A stretch of DNA of 43,819 bases from Frankiales bacterium. Lineage in GTDB: Bacteria > Actinomycetota > Actinomycetes > Mycobacteriales > SCTD01. The stretch is from NCBI GenBank assembly GCA_043732345.1, contig JAYTHS010000059.1, forward strand, positions 1 to 43,819, in the 5' to 3' direction. The notes below the pieces were generated by a model. That model was not told the DNA's origin. It did not search any database and worked only from the letters and a program-made list of their open reading frames with translations. Below are positions 37,274 to 43,819 of the stretch, piece by piece (positions within the stretch are counted from its first letter, which is position 1; each line of letters opens with the position of its first letter). Both the position numbers and the translations under genes were made by a program.

Positions 37274-38752
37274 TCAGACGGCTGCGGGTTCCTGCACGCC
37301 CCCCAGGCGCAAGACCGGGTCCAGCACCGTGCCGCGGACGAGCATCTCGACGTCGTCGTTGTAGTCCATGTTGAGCGACCACGGGGCGGACTGACCCTGC
37401 CGGGGGAAGCTGTCAATCGCCCGGGTGACGTAGCTGGCGGCGAAGTCCAGCAGCGGCCGCGTCGGCGCCGACGGGTCGTTCAGCTCAGGCGTCACCGTCG
37501 TCGCCCCGGCAGCGTCCATCGCGCTCAGGAGCCGGCACAGGTGCTCGGCCACGAGGTCGACCTTGAGCGTCCAGGAGGCGTTGGTGTAACCGATGGCGTA
37601 GCCGAAGTTGGGGACGCCCGACAGCATCATCCCCTTGTAGGACACGGTGTCCGGCAGCGAGACGGGCGTCCCGTCCACGACCAGCTCGATGCCGCCGAAG
37701 GCCAGCAGCTGCAGCCCGGTCGCCGTCACCACGATGTCGGCCTCGAGCTCGGCACCGGACGCGAGGCGGATGCCGGTCGGGGTGAACGTCTCGATCCGAT
37801 CGGTGACCACCGAGGCCGTGCCCCGCCGGATGGCCTTGAACAGATCGGCGTCCGGGACCATGCACATACGCTGGTCCCACGGCTGGTAGGTCGGCGTGAA
37901 GTGCGAGAAGTCGTAGTCCTTGGGCAAGAAGTGTCCCTGCAGCCCACGGATGATCTTCCGGGACAGCTCGGGGCGGGTGCGGGCGAGCCGGTAGGTGAAG
38001 CGCTGCTGGGCGATGTTCTTGCGCCGGGTGAAGCGGTGCGCCCGGTCCGGCCCGGCGATCTTGCGGACGAGATTGGCGATCGGGTCCGTCGACGGCACTG
38101 GCAGGACGTACGACGGCGAGCGCTGCAGCATCGTCACGTGCCCGGCATCAACGGCCAGGGCGGGGACGAGGGTGACCGCGGTGGCCCCGCTGCCGATGAC
38201 GACGACGCGCTTGCCTGCCGTGTCCATGTCCTCGGGCCAGTGCTGTGGGTGGACCAGCGTCCCGTCGTACTGCTCGACGCCGGGGAAGTCCGGTGTGAAG
38301 CCCTCGTCGTAGCGGTAGTAGCCGCCGGCGCAGAAGAACCACGAGCAGGTGAGCTCGCGGGTCTGGCCGCCGACCTCGACCTCGACGGTCCAGCGGGCGT
38401 CCGGTGTCGACCACGAGGCGCGCACGACCCGGTGCCCGTAGCGCACCTTGGTGTCGATGCCGCTCTCGGCTGCGGTGTCGCGCAGGTAGCGCAGGATCTC
38501 GGGCCCGTCGGCGATGGCCTTGTCGCCGGTCCACGGCCGGAAGCGGTAGGCGAACGTCGCGAGGTCGGAGTCGGAGCGGATGCCGGGGTAGCGGAAAAGG
38601 CTCCAGGTCCCACCCAGCTCCTCGCGCGCCTCCAGCAGGACGACGCTGCGCCAGGGGTGCTCCTGCTGGAGGTGCCAGGCCAGGCCGATGCCGGACAGGC
38701 CGGCGCCCACGACCAGGACGTCGAGGTGATCAGGCGCTTCGGGGGAGATCAT
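37274..38752 (-). CDS. Flavin-containing Baeyer-Villiger monooxygenase, EthA/MymA/AlmA-like
   Basis: VGAGLSG, GGTWSLFRYPGIRSDSD, YDGTLVHPQHWP fingerprint, IGSGATAVT, NASWTLK. Confidence 0.9.
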   Translation of the reverse strand: MISPEAPDHLDVLVVGAGLSGIGLAWHLQQEHPWRSVVLLEAREELGGTWSLFRYPGIRSDSDLATFAYRFRPWTGDKAIADGPEILRYLRDTAAESGIDTKVRYGHRVVRASWSTPDARWTVEVEVGGQTRELTCSWFFCAGGYYRYDEGFTPDFPGVEQYDGTLVHPQHWPEDMDTAGKRVVVIGSGATAVTLVPALAVDAGHVTMLQRSPSYVLPVPSTDPIANLVRKIAGPDRAHRFTRRKNIAQQRFTYRLARTRPELSRKIIRGLQGHFLPKDYDFSHFTPTYQPWDQRMCMVPDADLFKAIRRGTASVVTDRIETFTPTGIRLASGAELEADIVVTATGLQLLAFGGIELVVDGTPVSLPDTVSYKGMMLSGVPNFGYAIGYTNASWTLKVDLVAEHLCRLLSAMDAAGATTVTPELNDPSAPTRPLLDFAASYVTRAIDSFPRQGQSAPWSLNMDYNDDVEMLVRGTVLDPVLRLGGVQEPAAV

Positions 38753-38835
38753 GCGCGCCATCCTGCCGTCTGCGGCAGGCCGTTGCACCGTCGGGGCCCG
38801 CACCCGGGCCCGGCCGACCCGGGGTCAGCCCGACG

Positions 38836-39678
38836 TCAGCGGTCCAGGCGCCTCTCGAGGGCGAGCGAGAGCTTCTGGTAACGCGCAGGTAGCAGCCGCA
38901 CGACCACGTCGATGAGCTTTGCGTCGTTGCCGACGAGCACCCGTGGCCGACCCGCCTCGACGCCGTCCAGCACGATCGTGGCGGCCTCGGCGGGGTCCAT
39001 CCGCAGCAGCTTGTCGTTGTAGACGTCGCGCCGCTTGCGGTCCTCGGCAGTGACCGGGAGCCCGAGGGCCGCAGCGGCCTCGAAGGCGTTGTCGGCGATC
39101 TTGGTGCGCACCCCGCCGGGGTGCACGACGGTGACGAGCACCGGGCTGCCGGCCTTCGTCAGCTCGATCCGGAGCGTCTCGGTGAAGCCGCGTACGGCGA
39201 ACTTCGAGGTGCAGTAGTGGCTCATGCCGTCCTGCGCCAGGAAGCCGTTGAGGCTCGAGATGTTGATAACGTGCCCGTCGCCGCTGGCCAGCAGGTGTGG
39301 GAGGAACGCCTTGGTCCCGTGGATGACACCGAACAGGTTGACCCCGAGCACCCGCTCGTAGTCGGTCCAGTCGCTGTCCAGCACGCTGCGGCTGAAGGCG
39401 ATCCCGGCGTTGTTGTAGATCTGGTGCGCGACGCCGAAGTGCTCCACAGTGGCCGCGGCCCACGCAGTCACGGCGTCGCGGTCGGTCACGTCCAGCCGGG
39501 TCGCCGTCACCTCGGCACCCAGCTGCTTGACCTGGTCCACCGTCTCGCCGAGCCCCGTCTCGTCGACGTCGCTCAGCGCGAGCCGCGCACCGCGACGGGC
39601 CAGCTCGAGGGCCAGGGCCCGTCCGATGCCGGAGCCCGCTCCGGTGACTGCTGCGACCTTGCCGCTCACGCTGCTCAT
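38836..39678 (-). CDS. Short-chain dehydrogenase (SadH-like)
   Basis: TGAGSGIG, YNNAGI, YCTSKFAVRGFTE, VHPGGVRT. Confidence 0.9.
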   Translation of the reverse strand: MSSVSGKVAAVTGAGSGIGRALALELARRGARLALSDVDETGLGETVDQVKQLGAEVTATRLDVTDRDAVTAWAAATVEHFGVAHQIYNNAGIAFSRSVLDSDWTDYERVLGVNLFGVIHGTKAFLPHLLASGDGHVINISSLNGFLAQDGMSHYCTSKFAVRGFTETLRIELTKAGSPVLVTVVHPGGVRTKIADNAFEAAAALGLPVTAEDRKRRDVYNDKLLRMDPAEAATIVLDGVEAGRPRVLVGNDAKLIDVVVRLLPARYQKLSLALERRLDR

Positions 39679-39733
39679 GCCGACATGGTGCCCCCTCGGG
39701 CCGTTGCGCGACAGGGGGCCCTACCGTCGCCAC

Positions 39734-41047
39734 ATGATCGACCGCGCGAGGACGTTCACCCGATGGGCGCTGTTCCACGGGGTGGCGCGGGCTGCCTCCC
39801 GGCGGGCCGTGCGGCACGGTGACCTGCACGCCCGGCTGATGACCGACCCGTCCGTGCGCGCCGAGCCGTGGGTGTTCTACGACGACGTCCGATCCCGGGG
39901 CCCTCTGGTCCGGGGCCGGTTCGCCGCCGTCACCGCGACCCACTCGGTCGCCTCGGAGGTCCTGCGCAGTGAGGACTTCCACGTCGGGGCCGAGGACATC
40001 GTGCTCCCCAAGGGGCTGCGGCGGGTCGTCCAGTGGGCGCGGGACGAGAGCGCCCTCGGGCCCGTCGACCCTCCCTCGATGCTCTCGGTGGAGGCTCCGC
40101 AGCACACCCGCTACCGACGTCTGGTGAGCAAGGTTTTCACTGCCCGCGCCGTCGAAGGCCTGAGAGCCCAGACGCAGCAGGTGGCCGACGAGCTGCTGGA
40201 CCGCCTGGAGGGCCAGCAGGCCGTCGACCTCGTCCCGGCGTACGCGAGCCTGCTCCCCATCGCGGTCATCAGTGCCGTCCTGGGGATGCCGGCCTCCACC
40301 CACGAACGCGTCCTGCAGCTGGGCAACGCCGCCGGCGCCAGCCTGGACGTGGGGCTGAGCTGGCAGGAGTTCCTGGGGGTCGACGCGGCGGTCCGCGAGT
40401 TCCAGGCACTGCTCGGCAGCCACCTCGCGACCCTGCGGCACTCACCCGGTGAGGACCTGCTCAGCCAGCTCGTACACGCCGAGGACGATGAGGGGTCGCT
40501 CACCGAGGTGGAGCTGCGGGCCACGGCCGGGCTGCTGCTGGCGGCCGGCTTCGAGACGACGGTCAACCTGCTCGGCAGCGCGACCGTCCTGCTCGTCCAG
40601 CACCGCGACCAGCTCGCGCTGGCCCAGGCCGACCCGTCGCTGTGGCCCGGGGTGGTGGAGGAGTCGCTGCGGCTGGAGGGACCGGTCCAGCTCACGGGAC
40701 GCTTCGCGGCCCGGGAGACCGTCCTGGCGGGGCAGTCGCTGCGCCGGGGGTCGCTGGTCGTTACCTACCTGGCGGGGGCCAACCGGGACCCGGCGGTCTT
40801 CGAGGCTCCCGAGGTCTTCGACGTACGGCGGGCCAACGCCCGGGACCACCTGACCTTCTCGGCGGGCCGGCACTTCTGCGTGGGCGCTGCGCTGGCCCGC
40901 CTCGAGGGGGAGATCGGGCTGCGGACCCTGTTCGAGCGCTACCCGGAGCTGGACCTCGACGGTCCCGGCCGGCGCCGCGGGACCCGGGTGCTGCGGGGCT
41001 GGGAGCACCTCCCGGTGCGCCTGTCGGCGGGGGTCACCGTCGGCTGA
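39734..41047 (+). CDS. Cytochrome P450
   Basis: AGFETT I-helix, EESLR, ANRDP, heme motif FSAGRHFCVG. Confidence 0.95.
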   Translation: MIDRARTFTRWALFHGVARAASRRAVRHGDLHARLMTDPSVRAEPWVFYDDVRSRGPLVRGRFAAVTATHSVASEVLRSEDFHVGAEDIVLPKGLRRVVQWARDESALGPVDPPSMLSVEAPQHTRYRRLVSKVFTARAVEGLRAQTQQVADELLDRLEGQQAVDLVPAYASLLPIAVISAVLGMPASTHERVLQLGNAAGASLDVGLSWQEFLGVDAAVREFQALLGSHLATLRHSPGEDLLSQLVHAEDDEGSLTEVELRATAGLLLAAGFETTVNLLGSATVLLVQHRDQLALAQADPSLWPGVVEESLRLEGPVQLTGRFAARETVLAGQSLRRGSLVVTYLAGANRDPAVFEAPEVFDVRRANARDHLTFSAGRHFCVGAALARLEGEIGLRTLFERYPELDLDGPGRRRGTRVLRGWEHLPVRLSAGVTVG

Positions 41048-41092
41048 GCCTGTGGGACGCGCGAACGGCCGGACCGCTGGGCGGTCGGGCCG

Positions 41093-41142
41093 TCGTCTGC
41101 GGCCTTGCCGACGGGCCTCGTCTGCAGCCTTGCCGACGGGCC
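41093..41142. repeat. 25-bp tandem duplication
   Basis: TCGTCTGC(G/A)GCCTTGCCGACGGGCC twice. Confidence 0.85.
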
Positions 41143-41265
41143 TCGTCGGCGACGTGCTCCTGAGCCGTGGCTTCTCCTCGTGGGTGGTCCCCCATGTGCC
41201 CGTGCACCTGGGTGGCAACGCACGATGATCGGTCGTGAACCGTCACAGGAGGGGAAAGCGTTCCC

Positions 41266-41295
41266 GGCGGTGGCGGTGGCGGTGGCGGTGGCGGC
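41266..41295. repeat. (GGCGGT)n microsatellite
   Basis: Four exact copies plus one variant. Confidence 0.8.
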
Positions 41296-41334
41296 GGCAG
41301 GTTAGGGGAAGGGCCCCGAGGGGACGACACGGTC

Positions 41335-41775
41335 ATGACCTGGGAACAGGCGTTGGCCGAGGCCGTGCCGGTGGAGCGGGTGGTGCTCGCCCAGGCGCAG
41401 CTGTCCCTCACTCCTAAGCCTTGCAACGTGGGCGTGGCCAGGAAGTTCGTGACCTCCCTGGTCCAGGAGTCCTGCCGCGACTGCCTTGACGTCGCCCAGC
41501 TGCTGACGAGCGAGTTGATTACCAACGCCGTCATCCACGCACGGACCCGGCTCGACGTGGCGGTCGTCGTCACGACGTGTGTCGTCGTCGTCCTGGTGCA
41601 CGACGAGGACGTGGGCCGCCGCGAGATCGTCCTGCACGAGCGGGACGGCGGCCGCGGGCTCGAGCTGGTGCGGGCCCTCGCGGCCACCAGCGGCGTGACG
41701 CACCATCCAGGTGGTGGCAAGACCGCGTGGTTCACCCTGGCTACCGATATCGCCCCCCATGGCATGTCGGTGTGA
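41335..41775 (+). CDS. RsbW-like ATP-binding protein (HATPase anti-sigma/kinase fold)
   Basis: [20 protein letters not shown]-box, [23 protein letters not shown]. Confidence 0.8.
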   Translation: MTWEQALAEAVPVERVVLAQAQLSLTPKPCNVGVARKFVTSLVQESCRDCLDVAQLLTSELITNAVIHARTRLDVAVVVTTCVVVVLVHDEDVGRREIVLHERDGGRGLELVRALAATSGVTHHPGGGKTAWFTLATDIAPHGMSV

Positions 41776-41869
41776 GCGCGGACCCGCAGTCGGTCAGCTC
41801 GGCGAGGAGGGTGGACGACCACGCCGTGACGGCCAACGACCTGCTCGCCCCGTCGGGAGTGGCTGCCAC

Positions 41870-42225
41870 TGCGGACCGGTCCCGGAGCCCGGCGAGCTCC
41901 TGCCAGCTGCCACCCCCGTCGGTGCTGCGCAGCAGCGCGGCGTCCTCGACCCCGGCGTAGACCGTGTCGACCTCGCGCAGGGACGGTTTGAGGTGCCACA
42001 CCCGCACGAACTCCCACGGGTGCAGCGTCCCGTCGCTCCACTGGTGGGTGCCCGGGACGGAGGCGTAGGTGACCTCGTTGCCGACAGGGGACCAGCTGCG
42101 GCCACCGTTGTCGGCGCGCTGCACCTGCTGGCCGAACCAGCCGGAGCTGTGGCTGGCCCAGATCCGGTCGGGGACCCCTTGAGGTGGCAGACCTCCCCAC
42201 CGCCGAAGTGCGGCCCCGTGACCGC
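41870..42225 (-). pseudogene. Frameshifted internal fragment of a BNR/Asp-box (sialidase-like) beta-propeller gene
   Basis: [16 protein letters not shown] / [26 protein letters not shown]...[19 protein letters not shown]; two Asp-boxes; both ends missing. Confidence 0.75.
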
Positions 42226-42270
42226 TACAGGTGTGTGAGGGTGGAGCCCCGTCGACCTGGAGGTGCCCGC

Positions 42271-43011
42271 GTGACCCCCGGCCAGGCGGTCCTCGTCGCC
42301 GCCTCGGGGCTCGTCGGCGGCGCCGTCAACGCCGCCGCAGGCGGAGGCTCGCTCGTGACGTTTCCGGCGCTGCTGAACGCCGGTCTGCCGCCGCTGACGG
42401 CCAACGTCAGCAACACCGTCGGCTTGGTCCCCGGGTACGTCGGGGGCATCGCCGGGCTGCGCAACCGCGAGGAGCTGCCCGAGCTCGACGACCGGACGTT
42501 GCTGCTGACCGGGCTGGCCGGCGCTGCGGTCGGGGTCGTGCTGCTGCTCACGACCCCGGCCCGCGTGTTTGCCCTGGCCGCGCCGGTGCTGGTGCTGCTC
42601 GCCAGCGTGCTGCTCCTCGGCCAGCCGTGGCTGCTGCCCCGGCTGCAGGGGCGGGGGCACGGGGGACGGCGGCCGGTGCTCGTCACGGTCTTCCTCGGGT
42701 CGGTCTACGGCGCCTACTTTGGGGCGGCGCTCGGGGTGCTGCTGCTGGCCCTGCTCGACCTGTTCTCGACGGCACCCTGGAAGGTCGCGAACGCCGTGAA
42801 GGCCCGGCTCTCGCTCGTCGTCAACCTGGCCGCGGCGGTGCTGTTCGTGGCTCTTGCTCCGGTGCGGTGGGACGCCGTGCTGCTGCTGGGCCTGACCAGT
42901 CCGCTGGGCGGCTGGCTCGGAGGTGACCTCGCCCGCCGGGTGCCGGTACCCGCCCTGCGGGCGCTCACCGCCGCCCTCGGTGTCGTCGCTGCGGTGACGC
43001 TGCTGCTCTGA
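42271..43011 (+). CDS. TauE/SafE (TSUP) family exporter
   Basis: [31 protein letters not shown]; GGAGGTG RBS. Confidence 0.85.
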   Translation: MTPGQAVLVAASGLVGGAVNAAAGGGSLVTFPALLNAGLPPLTANVSNTVGLVPGYVGGIAGLRNREELPELDDRTLLLTGLAGAAVGVVLLLTTPARVFALAAPVLVLLASVLLLGQPWLLPRLQGRGHGGRRPVLVTVFLGSVYGAYFGAALGVLLLALLDLFSTAPWKVANAVKARLSLVVNLAAAVLFVALAPVRWDAVLLLGLTSPLGGWLGGDLARRVPVPALRALTAALGVVAAVTLLL

Positions 43012-43156
43012 CCGGCCAGCACGTCTGGCCAGGACCGTCACACAGGGCAGACGTGCAGGACAGAGGTTGCTCACCGCCGGCCGACCCGGGCGGGGGCACG
43101 TCTACGGTGGTCGGTGGGGGCCGACGCACGACCAGAGCTGAGGCAGGAGTAGACAC

Positions 43157-43402
43157 GTGACGATCGCTTTCGTGGTGGGGGGTGTCGTGCTGATCGCCGT
43201 CGCGCTGCTGCTCAAGCGGCGCTCCGGACGCAGCCCGGCCGACCAGGTCGACGCCTTCGCGGCAGCCCGGCAGGTGACCAACCGGTGGTCGGCTGACCCG
43301 TCGTCCGCCCCGGCCCCGGTGCGGGACTACGTCGAGCAGCAGACGCGCCGCAGCGAGCCCGAGCCGCAGCAGGTCGACGGCGCCGGGGGCGTCACCCCCT
43401 AG
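43157..43402 (+). CDS. Small single-pass membrane protein
   Basis: AGGAG RBS; hydrophobic N-terminal helix followed by KRR; the stop falls in the CTAG at the IS end. Confidence 0.6.
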   Translation: MTIAFVVGGVVLIAVALLLKRRSGRSPADQVDAFAAARQVTNRWSADPSSAPAPVRDYVEQQTRRSEPEPQQVDGAGGVTP

Positions 43403-43680
43403 GGCGTGTCTCCTATTGGGCTGCGGAGCCACATGATGATGCTGCGTAGGACTGCGCCGCCGCGGTAGATGGCGGCGAGCTTGTCGTAGCGGGTAGCTAG
43501 GCCGCGCCACTGCTTGAGCTGTTCGTAGGACCGTTCGATGACGTTGCGGTCCGTGTAACGCTCGCGGTCGTAGCGGACGGGCCTTCCGCCCGCGGAACCA
43601 CGGTGCTGCCGGTGGCCTTGCTGGTCGGCGCGTTCGCCGATGACGGCGGTGATGCCTCGCTGCTGCAGGAGTGCTCGATG
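43399..43680 (-). mobile_element. IS5-family element, right end with C-terminal transposase fragment
   Basis: [13 protein letters not shown]...RGSAGGRP...YTDRNVIERSYEQLKQWRGLATRYDK; end sequence CTAG-GGCGTGTCTCC. Confidence 0.88.
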
Positions 43681-43819
43681 AGTTCGGCGCGAGCGGTGAC
43701 GTCCTCGTCGGCACGCAGATGATTGCAAAAGGACTGGACTTTCCGACCGTCACGCTCGTCGGCGTCGTGGCGGCCGACATCGGTCTGCACGCACCCGATT
43801 TTCGTGCGGCCGAACGGAC
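43671..43819 (+). other. priA: Internal fragment of primosomal helicase PriA, no start, runs off the window
   Basis: Frame from 43671 reads [49 protein letters not shown], the PriA helicase C-terminal signature; not in the ORF track. Confidence 0.88.

Noticed and set aside
36530-37382. ORFs spanning the repeat array as real proteins
   Set aside because: Low-complexity translations of DNA repeats; the 52-bp unit is not a multiple of three.

Overview
High-GC actinobacterial DNA, almost entirely metabolic, with many decayed gene fragments and tandem repeats between genes. From left to right: (1) a polyamine uptake and catabolism cluster (class III aminotransferase start, potCBAD, aminobutyraldehyde dehydrogenase, flavin-binding protein, agmatinase); (2) a GntR-associated Dpp/Opp-type ABC operon with an M20 deacylase and an alpha/beta hydrolase, whose binding-protein gene has an in-frame TAG; (3) cydABDC and an Acg-family nitroreductase, both preceded by a near-identical DosR-like 18-bp box; (4) a HesB-like protein, an SDR, eutBC, a cysteine hydrolase and an APC permease; (5) an in-frame DUF2235/Tle1-like hydrolase-SDR fusion ORF; (6) an ALDH/GMC oxidoreductase pair, a GGDEF cyclase, an ECF sigma pseudogene and a REP/BIME-like palindromic repeat array; (7) an EthA-like monooxygenase, an SDR, a P450, an RsbW-like protein and a TauE exporter; (8) an IS5 remnant that runs abruptly into an internal priA fragment at the window end, probably a chimeric join. 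I saw no rRNA, tRNA or CRISPR array. All family calls rest on motifs recognised by eye, not on database searches. No single novel system is proven; the best candidates are ranked in the findings.
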